A stretch of DNA of 64,000 nucleotides from Candidatus Sulfobium sp. (GCA_037380845.1 JARRRI010000004.1:52252-116251); one strand, 5' to 3'. Positions 1 through 11,068 are shown, counted from the first letter of the stretch. Translations and numbers: made by a program. Notes: a model not told the origin generated them from the letters alone.

Positions 1-1188
1 GCAGCCCTTGAAGCGGCTGAAGTGGGCCACGAAGTCTTCATCGTGGAAAAGAACCCGTATCTGGGCGGAAGAGTGGCCCAGCTCAACAAGTATTTCCCTA
101 AAATATGCCCGCCCACGTGCGGTCTCGAAATAAACTTCCAGAGAATAAAGAAGAACAAGAACATCAAGTGGTTCACCCTTACCGAAGTGGACAAGATAGC
201 CGGAGGACCCGGAAATTATGACGTTGCCCTCAAAACCAGACCGCGTTACGTTAATTCAAAGTGCACGTGCTGCAATAAGTGCGCTGAGGCCTGCGACGCA
301 GAGATTGCGAACGATTTCAATTTCGGGATGAACAAGCGAAAGGCCGCCTACCTTCCTCATGAGATGGCCTTCCCGCAGCGCTACGTCATCGATCCGTCCA
401 TAATAGGTACTCCTACTGCCCAGAAATGCAAGGACGCCTGTGCATACGATGCGGTGGACCTCGAAGATAAGGAGAAAACCTTTAACATCAAGGCGGCATC
501 CGTCATATGGGCGACCGGCTGGAACCCCTATGATGCGACAAGGATGGATAACCTCTCCTTCGGCAAGGTCCAGAATGTGATTACGAACATGATGATGGAA
601 AGGCTGGCCGCAACAAACGGGCCCACCCAGGGGAAGATCGTGAGGCCTTCAGACGGTAAAGAGGTCAACAATATCGCCTTCGTTCAGTGTGCGGGTTCGA
701 GGGACGAAAACCACCTACCTTTCTGTTCCTATATATGTTGCCTTGCATCGCTGAAGCAGACTACCTATATAAGAGAGGCCAATCCGGAGTCAAAGGCGAC
801 TATATATTACATAGATCTGAGGACGCCCGGCAGGTATGAGAAATTTTACAAGAAGGTGAAGGCCGATGAGAACGTCTCCTTTGTTAAAGGGAAGGTGGCA
901 AGGATTGAAGAAGACCCGGCCACTAAGGACGTCATCCTGACCGTTGAGGATACACTCTCGGGAAAGAAGATTGAGGGGCGTTTCGAAATGGCGGTCCTTG
1001 CGACCGGGATGGAGCCATCTACGGCTACCGGAAAGGTCCCGGGCAATGCCAGGTACGATGAAAACAATTTTGTGATTTCCGACGAGATACTGTCCACCGG
1101 CTGTGTGAGGAAACCGACGGACGTCATATCATCGGGGCAGACGGCTACAGGGGCCGCACTCAAGGCGATTCAAATGGTGAGGAGGTAA
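1..1188 (+). CDS. qmoA: Quinone-interacting membrane-bound oxidoreductase subunit A (HdrA-like flavoprotein), 5'-partial
   Basis: Frame open from base 1 (AALEAAEVGHEVFIVEK, end of Rossmann motif); KYFPKICPPTCGLEIN, QCAGSRDENHLPFCSYICC motifs; followed by qmoB/qmoC. Confidence 0.93.
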   Translation, partial: AALEAAEVGHEVFIVEKNPYLGGRVAQLNKYFPKICPPTCGLEINFQRIKKNKNIKWFTLTEVDKIAGGPGNYDVALKTRPRYVNSKCTCCNKCAEACDAEIANDFNFGMNKRKAAYLPHEMAFPQRYVIDPSIIGTPTAQKCKDACAYDAVDLEDKEKTFNIKAASVIWATGWNPYDATRMDNLSFGKVQNVITNMMMERLAATNGPTQGKIVRPSDGKEVNNIAFVQCAGSRDENHLPFCSYICCLASLKQTTYIREANPESKATIYYIDLRTPGRYEKFYKKVKADENVSFVKGKVARIEEDPATKDVILTVEDTLSGKKIEGRFEMAVLATGMEPSTATGKVPGNARYDENNFVISDEILSTGCVRKPTDVISSGQTATGAALKAIQMVRR

Positions 1189-1195
1189 GTAATAG

Positions 1196-3595
1196 ATGGA
1201 GAAAAAACTCGGAGTTTATATATGCGGTGGCTGTTCGATAGGGGAGGCCGTGAAGCTCGAACAGCTTTCCGACGTGGCCACCAAAGAATACAAGGTGCCG
1301 GTGTGCAAGACCCATCCCGCCATGTGTGGTGAAGAAGGCGTGGGCATGATAAAGAACGACATCGAGTCGGAGGGGATAAACACAATCGTCATAGCCGCCT
1401 GCTCTAACAGGGTCAAGTATGACGTCTTCGACTTCGGAGCCTCAAATATCCTGGAAAGGGTGAATATACGGGAGCAGGTTGCATGGAGCCACGACTGGAC
1501 TAAGCAGGTGCAGGTTAAGACCAAGGACGCCGAAGGAAAGGAAACGGTAACAGAGGAAACACAGCCCAACGACGACACCCAGATGCTGGCGGAAGATTAC
1601 CTGCGGATGGGCATAGTGAAGGCCCAGAAAATGAACCAGGTTGATCCCTATCTTCTGGAGAAGGTGGAAAAGGGCATCCTGGTTATCGGCGGCGGAATAA
1701 CCGGTCTCACTGCGGCGCTTGAGGCTGCGAATACCGGCTATGACGTCACCATAGTTGAAAGGGAGGGCCAACTCGGAGGGGTTGCCGCCAAACAGCGCAA
1801 GCAGATACCCACGAAGGCTCCTTATGCCGACCTGGAGCCGACGGATATACAGGAAAAGATAAAAGAGGTATCGAATCACCCGAAGATCACCGTAAAGACC
1901 GGCCAGGAGATCGCCAGGATCAGCGGCGCGCCGGGCCAGTTCGCCGTGTCGTTTAAACAGACCGGCACCAAAACAAACTGGGACGTTCCGCCCAAGAAAA
2001 AGACGGAGGAAGAGGAGAAGGCGGAAGCCGAGGCCAAGGCCTCCGGCGAAAAGAAGGCCGAGGAGCAGCCTGCCGGGGAGCAGCCTGCGGAGGAACCGAA
2101 GGAACTTCCGGCCGACCTTGTGAAGTGCGAGGACATCCTCAGTTCCGATCCGGACGCCGAAGTTTTCGGCGCAGTCGTAGTCGCCGCAGGGGGAAGGCCG
2201 GCCGATCCCTCTGAATTCGAGCATCTCGGATACGGCAGGTTCGCAAATGTCATTACAAACACGATGATGGAAGAGGCTGCGGCAAAAGGCAAGATAGTCC
2301 GTCCTTCGGACGGGAAAGAAGCCAAGATGGTTGCGTTTATTCAGAGCCCGGGCCTCGACGGCGACGACAGCGATTTCCCATACTGTTCGTCTGTTACAAG
2401 CATGATCTCGCTTAAACAGGCGAAATACGTGAGAGAGGATTACGAAGACGGAAAGGCGTTCATCTTTTACAAGCACATGAGGACCCCTGGAGTTTACGAA
2501 AACTTCTATAAGACCGCGCAGAACGATCCCGGCGTATTTCTTACGAGGGGAGAGGTGAAGTCCGTTACTGAAAACGCCGACAAGGGTCTCACCGTCGAAG
2601 TGGATGATACCATTTTGGGAGAGAAGGTCGCGGTAAATGTCGACATGGTGGTGCTTGCAACGGGGATGGTCCCTGAGACGCAGTTTGAGCCGGTAATAAA
2701 TCTGGCTTACAGACAGGGCCCTGCCTTCAGAGACCTCGAACTTTTCGACGGCTATGCCGATTCGAACTATATCTGCTTTCCCTATGAGACGCGGAGGACA
2801 GGGATTTACACCGCCGGAAACGTCAGACGCACCATGACTAACGGCGAATGCATTGAAGATGCCACGGGTGCCGCGCTGAAATCGATCCAGTGCCTGGAAT
2901 CCGTAAACAGGGGCATGTCGGTACATCCGAGGTCCGGTGACATGTCTTTCCCGGAGTTCTTTTTCCAGCGCTGCACGCAGTGCAAGAGGTGCACTGAAGA
3001 GTGTCCGTTTGGCGCACTCGACGACGACGAGAAGGGTACTCCCAAACCCAACCCCACCAGGTGCAGGAGATGCGGAACGTGCATGGGAGCCTGCCCGGAG
3101 AGGATCATCTCCTTTAAGAACTACCATATCGACATGATCGGCTCAATGGTGAAGGCCGTCAATGTTCCCGAAGAGGACGAGGAGAAATACAGGGTCGTTG
3201 CTTTTGTGTGTGAAAACGACGCTTATCCGGCCCTTGACATGGCCGGGCTCCACAAGCTCAAGTACTCCGCTGATATAAGATTTATACCTGTCAGGTGTCT
3301 CGGCTCGGTCAACACCATATGGATAGCCGACGCAATGTCAAAAGGCCATGACGGGGTCCTTCTTATCGGCTGCAAATACGGCGACGACTATCAGTGCCAC
3401 TTCGTGAAGGGCAGCGAGCTCTGCAACAAAAGGATGGACAACGTAGCGGAAACGCTGGGCAAACTGAGGCTCGAGCCGGAGAGGGTCCAGCAGATCCAGT
3501 TTGCGATAGACGAGTACGAAAAGGTCCCGGAACTGATCAACCAGTTCATGGAGACGATAGAGGGTGTAGGATTTAACCCGATGAAGGGCTTCTAG
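1196..3595 (+). CDS. qmoB: Qmo subunit B (HdrA-like FAD/FeS domain fused to MvhD-like domain)
   Basis: GGGITG FAD motif, CTQCKRCTEECP and CRRCGTCMGACP ferredoxin motifs, C-terminal MvhD-like CENDAYPALD/VRCLGS/GCKYGDDYQCHF. Confidence 0.95.
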   Translation: MEKKLGVYICGGCSIGEAVKLEQLSDVATKEYKVPVCKTHPAMCGEEGVGMIKNDIESEGINTIVIAACSNRVKYDVFDFGASNILERVNIREQVAWSHDWTKQVQVKTKDAEGKETVTEETQPNDDTQMLAEDYLRMGIVKAQKMNQVDPYLLEKVEKGILVIGGGITGLTAALEAANTGYDVTIVEREGQLGGVAAKQRKQIPTKAPYADLEPTDIQEKIKEVSNHPKITVKTGQEIARISGAPGQFAVSFKQTGTKTNWDVPPKKKTEEEEKAEAEAKASGEKKAEEQPAGEQPAEEPKELPADLVKCEDILSSDPDAEVFGAVVVAAGGRPADPSEFEHLGYGRFANVITNTMMEEAAAKGKIVRPSDGKEAKMVAFIQSPGLDGDDSDFPYCSSVTSMISLKQAKYVREDYEDGKAFIFYKHMRTPGVYENFYKTAQNDPGVFLTRGEVKSVTENADKGLTVEVDDTILGEKVAVNVDMVVLATGMVPETQFEPVINLAYRQGPAFRDLELFDGYADSNYICFPYETRRTGIYTAGNVRRTMTNGECIEDATGAALKSIQCLESVNRGMSVHPRSGDMSFPEFFFQRCTQCKRCTEECPFGALDDDEKGTPKPNPTRCRRCGTCMGACPERIISFKNYHIDMIGSMVKAVNVPEEDEEKYRVVAFVCENDAYPALDMAGLHKLKYSADIRFIPVRCLGSVNTIWIADAMSKGHDGVLLIGCKYGDDYQCHFVKGSELCNKRMDNVAETLGKLRLEPERVQQIQFAIDEYEKVPELINQFMETIEGVGFNPMKGF

Positions 3596-3605
3596 GAGGT
3601 AAGGA

Positions 3606-4736
3606 ATGGCAGAGGGAAAAGTGATTCAGCCTGATGTGAAGTTTGTGAAGAAGATTATGAGCTCCGGGGGTGAGTCTCTGAAGAAGTGTTACCAGTGCGC
3701 AACCTGCTCGGTTGTCTGCAACGTGACACCCGAGGACAAGCCGTTTCCCAGAAAGGAAATGATCCACGCTCAGTGGGGACTGAAAGACAAGCTGTTCGGC
3801 AATCCCGATATATGGCTCTGCCATCACTGCAGCGATTGCACGGCCTATTGCCCGAGGGGTGCCAAGCCCGGTGAGGTGCTCGGTGCCGTAAGGAAGCTCA
3901 GCATCGAGCACTATGCGATGTCCGGCTTCCTTGGAAGGGCGCTCGGGGACTCCAAATTCCTTCTCTTTCTCCTGGCGATCCCGGTCCTTATATTGGGCTG
4001 GGCGCTCTGGATGCAGGGACACCTCGGCATTCCGACACCGAGCGGATCGAACTGGGGATACGCTGAAACTTTTATGGCCGTCCATTACATAGACCCCATC
4101 TTCGGTGCGGCTGCGGCGTTCGCCCTGCTGGGATTTGTGGTCGGCATCGTGAGGTACTGGAAAGACCTTTCCGCCGGCGGAGCCGAGACAAAGATGCCTC
4201 TGGGCAAGGCGATAATGGCAATGGTTACGGAGTTTCTGACCCATAAGAAATTCAAGAAATGCGAGGTGACGATAGATCGTTCCAGGTCCCACCTGTTTGT
4301 ATTTTACGGTTTTCTGGGACTGGCGATAACCACCACCTGGGCGATCTTCTACCTTTACGGCCTTCAGATAGAGTCTCCCTATCCACTTTATGATCCGATG
4401 AAGATACTCGGAAACTTGAGCGGAATAGCTCTTCTGCTGGGCATATTGTGGGTCATCTCCAACAGGAACAGAAATGCGGAAAAGGCAGGTAAGGGCAGTT
4501 ATTACGACTGGCTGTTCATAAACCTTATCCTGACCATTGTCGTAACAGGTTTGCTGTCTGAGATTCTCAGGCTCGCCAACATCGCTGTTATTGCATACCC
4601 GGTCTATTTTATCCACCTGGTGGCCATCTTCTTCCTCTTTGCTTATGCGCCTTTTTCAAAGATGGCACACATGGTCTACAGGGCGACTGCGCTGGTCTAC
4701 GCCAAGCAGACGGGCAGGGACGCGGAGAAGGTTTAA
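3606..4736 (+). CDS. qmoC: Qmo subunit C (HdrC-like FeS domain plus heme b membrane domain)
   Basis: CYQCATCSVVC and CHHCSDCTAYCP, multiple TM helices, His ligands (SHL, IHL, PFSKMAH); SD AGGAGG. Confidence 0.95.
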   Translation: MAEGKVIQPDVKFVKKIMSSGGESLKKCYQCATCSVVCNVTPEDKPFPRKEMIHAQWGLKDKLFGNPDIWLCHHCSDCTAYCPRGAKPGEVLGAVRKLSIEHYAMSGFLGRALGDSKFLLFLLAIPVLILGWALWMQGHLGIPTPSGSNWGYAETFMAVHYIDPIFGAAAAFALLGFVVGIVRYWKDLSAGGAETKMPLGKAIMAMVTEFLTHKKFKKCEVTIDRSRSHLFVFYGFLGLAITTTWAIFYLYGLQIESPYPLYDPMKILGNLSGIALLLGILWVISNRNRNAEKAGKGSYYDWLFINLILTIVVTGLLSEILRLANIAVIAYPVYFIHLVAIFFLFAYAPFSKMAHMVYRATALVYAKQTGRDAEKV

Positions 4737-4773
4737 GGCTGTTCGACAAATACAAGGACGGGGGTGAACAGTT

Positions 4774-5217
4774 ATGGCAACGGTCAAAGAAATTCTGGGC
4801 TCCGGGCGGCGGGACGTAATATCTATCGGAAAGGACAAGACCGTAGCCGATGCCGTAAGCCTCATGGTGGAGGACGAAATCGGCGCGCTTGTTGTGGTTG
4901 AAGGGGAAAATCCGGTCGGATTGTTTACCGAGAGGGATGTGTTGAAGTGCTGGGCGAGAAAGGGCGACCGGCATTTCAGGGATATCAATATCGCAGAAGT
5001 GATGACCACTAACCTGATTATAGCCGAGAGCGGTGACGACCTCTGCTATGTAACAACCATCATGATAAAGAACAGGATAAGGCATCTGCCCGTGCTCGAA
5101 AAAAACAGGCTGGTTGCGATGCTCTCGATCAGAGACGTTGTGAAGGCCCAGGTCACCGACCTGAGGGCGGAAAACCATTATCTGAAAGACTATATTTCCG
5201 ATAAGTATCCCGGTTAA
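4774..5217 (+). CDS. Stand-alone CBS-pair domain protein
   Basis: IGALVV..GLFTERD and RIRHLPV..LSIRDVV CBS motifs, 147 aa. Confidence 0.88.
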   Translation: MATVKEILGSGRRDVISIGKDKTVADAVSLMVEDEIGALVVVEGENPVGLFTERDVLKCWARKGDRHFRDINIAEVMTTNLIIAESGDDLCYVTTIMIKNRIRHLPVLEKNRLVAMLSIRDVVKAQVTDLRAENHYLKDYISDKYPG

Positions 5218-5347
5218 GCGGTATTACGTTTTTTTGCGAAAAAATAGAGACGGCATAAAGGAGGTGACAGCCCCGGGTTCCACTCTTCTTGTGTAGCTTT
5301 ATGCAGAGTGTTTTTGGTTTCTTAAATTACCGAAAAGGAGGATACAG

Positions 5348-7408
5348 ATGAGCACTATTGTAGTCTTTGCATTAATCTGCGGCGCAGTGGGGGTCATATA
5401 CTCCCTGTTCACTGCCGCATGGGTGTCGAAGCAGGACGCCGGAAATGAACGTATGCAGCAGATATCCAATGCCGTGAAGGAGGGCGCGGCGGCGTTTCTT
5501 GCACGCGAGTACAAGACCGTCGCAGTGGTGGCGGTAATACTCCTTATTCTTCTGTTTTTTCTGGGGGGAGGAAAGCCCTGGATTTCTCTCGGCTTTCTGA
5601 TAGGTACGGTCGGATCCGCCCTCGCCGGTTATATCGGCATGATGGTGACGGTCCGCGCCAATGTTCGTACAACACAGGCGGCCCACAGGGGGTTGCAGTC
5701 GGCGCTCGACCTCTCTTTCAAGGGCGGCTCGGTGACAGGCATCATGGTTGTCGGCCTCGGTATTCTCGGAATTACCGGATATTATGCCTTTGCCAAGGCT
5801 GTTGCGGGTGAGCAGGCGTTCCACGCTCTTGTCGGTCTGGGCTTCGGATGCTCCCTCATGAGCGTGTTTGCCCGTATCGCGGGCGGCATTTACACCAAGG
5901 CGGCGGATGTGGGTGCAGACCTGGTGGGTAAGGTCGAGGCCGGAATCCCGGAAGACGACCCGAGGAACCCCGCCGTTATTGCCGACAACGTCGGTGACAA
6001 CGTCGGCGACTGCGCCGGAATGGCTGCCGACCTTTACGAGACCTATACGGTTACACTCGTTGCCGCCATGCTTCTGGCAAGGACAGCCTTCGGCGCCCAA
6101 AGTCCCTGGGTCGAATTCCCACTCCTGCTGGGCGGTGTTTCCATCATCGCCTCCATTATCGGAACATTTTTCGTAAAGCTCGGAAAGAGCCAGTATATAA
6201 TGGGTGCCCTGTACAAGGGACTCGCGGTTGCGGGCATCCTGGCTGCAATAGCTTTCTACTTTGTGGCGGGATGGTTCCTCGGTCTTCCGGGCGTGGAGCA
6301 GACGTTTACCCAGGTCGGCGTTTTTACGACAGCCTTTATCGGCCTCCTCCTCACAGGGCTGATAGTTATGATCACCGAATACTTCACATCGAAGAGTTTT
6401 AAACCCGTTAAGCACATTGCGGCCGCGAGCCAGACAGGCCACGGCACTAACGTGATCGCTGGACTGGCGGTGAGCATGAAATCGGCCGGACTGCCCGCCA
6501 TCGTGATCAGCGGCGCTATCGTCTGGTCGTTCTATATCGGCGCCGGCGGCTTTGCGAACCTTTCTTCCTCTCAGGCGGTTGCCGGCCTTTTCGGCATCGC
6601 GCTGGCGGCAGTTTCGATGCTCTCCATGACCGGTATCGTGGTTGCCATCGATTCCTATGGTCCTATTACCGACAACGCCGGCGGCATCGCCGAGATGGCC
6701 GAACTGCCGGAAGAGATCCGCAACATTACGGACCCTCTCGATGCGGTCGGAAATACGACAAAGGCCGTTACCAAGGGGTATGCCATCGGGTCTGCGGCAC
6801 TCGCCGCGCTCGTTCTTTTTGCAGAGTATTCGAGATCCTTCGGTACCCAGATGTTCTTTGACCTTTCGAATCCGCTGGTTATCGTCGGACTCTTTATCGG
6901 CGGACTTCTTCCCTACTACTTCGGATCACTCCTTATGGAGGCCGTCGGTAAGGCGGCAGGAGGTGTTGTGGAAGAGGTGAGAAGACAGTTCAGAGAGATC
7001 AAGGGAATCATGGAAGGTACCGCAAAGCCCGAATACGGGAAGTGCGTTGACATCGTTACAAAATCGGCGATACAACAGATGATGCTTCCCGCCCTGATTC
7101 CTGTTGTCGCCCCTGTAATCGTGGGACTCGTGCTCGGTCGCGAGGCCCTCGGCGGAGTCCTCATCGGCAGCATCATTACCGGCCTCTTTCAGGCCATCGC
7201 GATGACCAGCGGCGGGGGAGCATGGGACAATGCCAAGAAGTTCATTGAAGACGGCATGTACGGCGGCAAGAAGAGCCCCGCCCATCAGGCCGCTGTAACC
7301 GGCGATACGGTCGGTGACCCTTACAAGGACACCGCGGGTCCGGCTATCAACCCCATGATCAAGGTTATAAACATCGTTGCCCTTCTGATAGTGCCGCTGC
7401 TGCACTAA
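5348..7408 (+). CDS. hppA: Membrane-bound H+-translocating pyrophosphatase (K+-independent signature)
   Basis: [37 protein letters not shown] motifs; GNTTKA has Lys at the K+-dependence determinant; SD AAGGAGG. Confidence 0.96.
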   Translation: MSTIVVFALICGAVGVIYSLFTAAWVSKQDAGNERMQQISNAVKEGAAAFLAREYKTVAVVAVILLILLFFLGGGKPWISLGFLIGTVGSALAGYIGMMVTVRANVRTTQAAHRGLQSALDLSFKGGSVTGIMVVGLGILGITGYYAFAKAVAGEQAFHALVGLGFGCSLMSVFARIAGGIYTKAADVGADLVGKVEAGIPEDDPRNPAVIADNVGDNVGDCAGMAADLYETYTVTLVAAMLLARTAFGAQSPWVEFPLLLGGVSIIASIIGTFFVKLGKSQYIMGALYKGLAVAGILAAIAFYFVAGWFLGLPGVEQTFTQVGVFTTAFIGLLLTGLIVMITEYFTSKSFKPVKHIAAASQTGHGTNVIAGLAVSMKSAGLPAIVISGAIVWSFYIGAGGFANLSSSQAVAGLFGIALAAVSMLSMTGIVVAIDSYGPITDNAGGIAEMAELPEEIRNITDPLDAVGNTTKAVTKGYAIGSAALAALVLFAEYSRSFGTQMFFDLSNPLVIVGLFIGGLLPYYFGSLLMEAVGKAAGGVVEEVRRQFREIKGIMEGTAKPEYGKCVDIVTKSAIQQMMLPALIPVVAPVIVGLVLGREALGGVLIGSIITGLFQAIAMTSGGGAWDNAKKFIEDGMYGGKKSPAHQAAVTGDTVGDPYKDTAGPAINPMIKVINIVALLIVPLLH

Positions 7409-7430
7409 TCGGCATCGGTTTTACTTCGAG

Positions 7431-7463
7431 AAGCCGGTCCCGGGCATCGGGACCGGCTTTTTT
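7431..7463 (+). terminator. Rho-independent terminator after hppA
   Basis: AAGCCGGTCCCG-GGCAT-CGGGACCGGCTT stem running into a T tract. Confidence 0.85.
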
Positions 7464-7614
7464 GTTATAATACCGTGAATTGCGAAACAGGAAGTCAGAA
7501 TAAGAAGAAGCAGTTTCGAGTCGTCATCCCGGCGCTTCCGGAATATCCCCTTTTTCGATTTGGGTGCGGTCAGCATTTCCGGCAACACCAATGACGCCAT
7601 GAAAGGAATTAACA

Positions 7615-8559
7615 ATGGCTTTTGATCAAAAAGAATTCGAAAAGAAAATGGACGAGGTGAAGAAAAACCTCCGCCAGAGCGTTATAGTGCCCCAGCAGCT
7701 GACCCGGAAGGACCGGATGTCGTTCAGATGTTATCCCGGTATCGGGTGTTTTACCAAATGCTGCAGCGGCATCCGGATAAATCTTACTCCCTATGACATA
7801 TACAGGCTAAAGAACAGACTGGGCATGTCTTATCATGATTTTCTCATGGAGTATACGACGCCGCGGTCGATTGACGGTACGCCTCTTCCCGTTGTGGTGC
7901 TGAAGATGAAGGATGATGACATAAAGTCCTGTCCCTTTGTTACACCGGCTGGCTGCACCGTTTATTCCGACAGGCCCGTGACATGCAGGTATTATCCGAT
8001 AGGCATGGCCATAATGAAGAAGCACGATCTGAAGACAGGGGAAGACTTCTTCATAAAGATCAAGGAGGACCACTGTCTGGGACATAAAGAAGACAGGAAC
8101 TGGACGATCGACGAGTGGCGCGCCGACCAGGAGTCAGACCTTTATGATGAAATGAACGGTGACTGGATGGAGGTAGTCCTGAAGGCCAAGACCCTGGGCT
8201 TTGTCGAATTCGGCCAGAAATCCCTGGACCTTTTTTATATGGTAAGTTCCAATCTTGACATGTTCAGGGACTTCGTTTTCAACAGTAATTTCCTCGCCTC
8301 TTATGAAATTGGCCCCGAAGTAACTGAGAAGATCAGGGAAGACGAGCTGGAACTCCTGAAGTTTTCTCTGAAATGGCTGCGGTTTGCCATGTTCGGGGAA
8401 GGCGACTTCAAGGTCAATGACGCAGCCAGGCAGCGGGCGAGAGAACGCACTGCGGCAAGGACGAAGGCGGAGATGGCTGCGAGAGAGGCGAGGGCGAAGA
8501 AGGCGCTCTCCAAGGCCCCGGAAGAGGCGATGAAAGAGGCGGACAGCGCCTCCGATTAA
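7615..8559 (+). CDS. YkgJ-family (CxxCxxCC-type) cysteine cluster protein
   Basis: CYPGIGCFTKCC, CPFV..GCTVYSDRPVTCRYYP, HCLGH motifs. Confidence 0.8.
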   Translation: MAFDQKEFEKKMDEVKKNLRQSVIVPQQLTRKDRMSFRCYPGIGCFTKCCSGIRINLTPYDIYRLKNRLGMSYHDFLMEYTTPRSIDGTPLPVVVLKMKDDDIKSCPFVTPAGCTVYSDRPVTCRYYPIGMAIMKKHDLKTGEDFFIKIKEDHCLGHKEDRNWTIDEWRADQESDLYDEMNGDWMEVVLKAKTLGFVEFGQKSLDLFYMVSSNLDMFRDFVFNSNFLASYEIGPEVTEKIREDELELLKFSLKWLRFAMFGEGDFKVNDAARQRARERTAARTKAEMAAREARAKKALSKAPEEAMKEADSASD

Positions 8560-8637
8560 CCTTAAGGGAATATTTCAACCACGGACCAACACGGATAACC
8601 GGCATCTGTCCGCAAATTGCTATCGGCTGTAAGAGCC

Positions 8638-8709
8638 GTCATTCCCGCAAGCGAAGCGCGTCGGGAATCCTTCTGTAAAGCCGCCGGAAAGATTCCAAGC
8701 CGGAATGAC
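8638..8709. repeat. CGTC/GTCAT-tagged palindromic repeat (REP-like), copy A
   Basis: GTCATTCCCG...CGGGAATCC...GGAATGAC between convergent genes; similar copies at 11069, 34466, 32914. Confidence 0.7.
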
Positions 8710-8726
8710 AAGTAACCAATCTGCCG

Positions 8727-9296
8727 TTACTGTCTGAGTTTGAGGAAATTCCTGAGGAGGTCCTTTCCGACAGTGGTCAGGATCGACTCGGGATGAAACT
8801 GCATGCCTTCGACCGCGCAATGTTTGTGGCGTACCCCCATAATGATCCCATCTTCGGTCCACGCCGAAACCTCGAGGACCGGCGGCAGGCTGTCGCGCTT
8901 GATTATAAGGGAATGGTAACGGGTCGCCTCGAAAGGGTTCGGCAGTCCCTCGAAGATTGTCTTCCCGTCGTGGTGTACCATTGACGTCTTTCCATGCATC
9001 AGATACGGCGCCCGGACGACCTCTCCTCCAAAGGCCTCACCTATGGACTGGTGCCCCAGGCAGACACCGAGGATCGGGACCTTGCCGGCAAAATACTTTA
9101 TCGTTTCTACGGATATTCCCGCTTCCTTAGGCGTGCAGGGCCCCGGAGATATCACTATCCTGTCCGGCGCGATATTCTCGATTTCAGAGACCGAGATTTT
9201 ATCATTCCTGAAGACCTTAAGGTCCTGCCCCAGCTCCCCCAGGTACTGGACCAGATTGTATGTGAAAGAGTCATAGTTGTCTATCATCAAAAGCAT
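8727..9296 (-). CDS. trpG: Anthranilate synthase component II / glutamine amidotransferase
   Basis: [11 protein letters not shown] start, SPGPCTP, GVCLGHQ, QFHPES; coupled to trpE. Confidence 0.92.
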   Translation of the reverse strand: MLLMIDNYDSFTYNLVQYLGELGQDLKVFRNDKISVSEIENIAPDRIVISPGPCTPKEAGISVETIKYFAGKVPILGVCLGHQSIGEAFGGEVVRAPYLMHGKTSMVHHDGKTIFEGLPNPFEATRYHSLIIKRDSLPPVLEVSAWTEDGIIMGVRHKHCAVEGMQFHPESILTTVGKDLLRNFLKLRQ

Positions 9297-9297
9297 G

Positions 9298-10791
9298 CTA
9301 CTCAAGCCCCCTCTCCGCCATTTCGACTGCACGCATCATCGCCTTGGCCTTATTGACCGTCTCCTGGTACTCGGCAGACGGTACGCTGTCTGCGACCACG
9401 CCGCCGCCCGCCTGAATGTAAGCGACCCCGTCCTTAACCACGAGGGTGCGGATCGTGATGCAGGTATCCATGTTGCCCGAGAACCCGAAGTACCCTACGG
9501 CGCCGGCGTAAGGTCCCCGCCGGGTCGGCTCCAGCTCGTCGATGATCTCCATCGCCCGTATCTTGGGCGCACCGGAGACCGTTCCAGCCGGGAAACAGGC
9601 CCTGACGACATCGTAGGCGTCGTTCGCCGCGGAGAGTGTACCGCGGACATTCGAGACGATATGCATCACGTGGGAATAGCGCTCTATAACCATCAGCTCG
9701 CTTACGTGCACGCTCCCGGGCTTGCTTACTCTTCCGACATCGTTTCTGCCGAGATCGACGAGCATGATATGTTCCGCCCTCTCTTTGGGGTCATCCAGCA
9801 GTTCCCTTTCCAGAGCCCTGTCCTCCTCTTCGCTTGAGCCCCGCTTACGGGTACCCGCGATGGGCCTCAGATCGACCCTGTCCCCCTCCAGCCTAACCAT
9901 GACCTCAGGCGACGTACCCACTATGGTCGCATCGCCGCAGCGGAGGAAATACATGTAGGGCGACGGGTTGATAAGCCTGAGTGCCCTGTATATCTCGAAG
10001 GGCTCGACACTAATCTCCGCCCTGAAGCGCTGGGAGGGCACCACCTGGAAGATGTCCCCCGCCCTGATGTACTCTTTTGCCCTGAGCACCGCCCGCTCGT
10101 AGCGGGAACGCGTAAAGTTGGACTTGAGGACGGCACGTCTCTTCGGAGTGCTGCGAAGTGACCGGGAGGAGGGGGAAGCGCCCTTCAAACCTCTTCTCAA
10201 TTTGTTCACTATCGCCTCGATCTTGCCGACCGCCTCTTCATAAGCCGAAGCCGCCGAGGAGCCGTTGACGTGGGCGTTGGAGACCACCTTGATCCTGTGG
10301 GCGATGTTGTCGAAGATTACAAGGGTGTCGGTAATCATGAAAAAGATATCCGGCAATCCCAATCCCGGCTTGTCCCTTTCAGGCATCCTCTCGAAAAAAC
10401 GTATTGTGTCGTAGCCGATGAACCCTACCGCGCCTCCGTAAAAACGTGGAAGACCGGGGTTGGGGACCGGCCTGTATTCCGCCAGGATGTCCCTTACCGC
10501 CTCAAGGGGGTCACTGAGCACCGGCCGGGTCTCCTTCTTTCCCCGGCGGACGACCTCCACGGACTTTCCGAAGCTTCTGATGACAATAGACGGCCTGCTC
10601 CCGATGAAAGAATACCTGGCCCATTTCTCCCCGCCTTCCACGCTTTCGAGGAGGAAGGAATATTTCCCTTCGTCCAGCTTGCGAAAGGCGGTAACCGGCG
10701 TATCCATGTCCGCAAGGATTTCCTTGTATACCGGGATCAGATTTCCCTTTGCAGAGAGGCGTCTGAACTCCCTGAAGTCAGGGTAGAACAT
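9298..10791 (-). CDS. trpE: Anthranilate synthase component I
   Basis: [46 protein letters not shown]. Confidence 0.94.
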   Translation of the reverse strand: MFYPDFREFRRLSAKGNLIPVYKEILADMDTPVTAFRKLDEGKYSFLLESVEGGEKWARYSFIGSRPSIVIRSFGKSVEVVRRGKKETRPVLSDPLEAVRDILAEYRPVPNPGLPRFYGGAVGFIGYDTIRFFERMPERDKPGLGLPDIFFMITDTLVIFDNIAHRIKVVSNAHVNGSSAASAYEEAVGKIEAIVNKLRRGLKGASPSSRSLRSTPKRRAVLKSNFTRSRYERAVLRAKEYIRAGDIFQVVPSQRFRAEISVEPFEIYRALRLINPSPYMYFLRCGDATIVGTSPEVMVRLEGDRVDLRPIAGTRKRGSSEEEDRALERELLDDPKERAEHIMLVDLGRNDVGRVSKPGSVHVSELMVIERYSHVMHIVSNVRGTLSAANDAYDVVRACFPAGTVSGAPKIRAMEIIDELEPTRRGPYAGAVGYFGFSGNMDTCITIRTLVVKDGVAYIQAGGGVVADSVPSAEYQETVNKAKAMMRAVEMAERGLE

Positions 10792-10904
10792 GTTGACAAA
10801 CGCTGCCGAATTTCATTAGTATATCCTTTATCATATGATTATAGCTTATTGCCCGTTCTGAAGTTAAGCTGTTGCCGGGACTAGAGAAATGAACGGGTGT
10901 GAAT

Positions 10905-10980
10905 GCGGGAATAGCTCAGTTGGTAGAGCACAACCTTGCCAAGGTTGGGGTCGCGGGTTCGAATCCCGTTTCCCGCTCCA
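10905..10980 (+). tRNA. tRNA-Gly (GCC)
   Basis: GCGGGAA acceptor stem, TAGCTCAGTTGGTAGAGC D-arm, anticodon GCC, GGTTCGAATCC T-arm, encoded CCA; 76 nt. Confidence 0.98.
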
Positions 10981-11068
10981 TTAATAAGACGGTGAATAGT
11001 CGATCAGGTTTTCACGTGGACTCTTTGTTTTTTCCGTATTTCACTATTCACTGATAGACTCGAAAAGA

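Noticed and set aside
1..4736. Selenocysteine recoding in Hdr-like Qmo subunits
   Set aside because: All three ORFs are uninterrupted, with no in-frame TGA at Cys motifs
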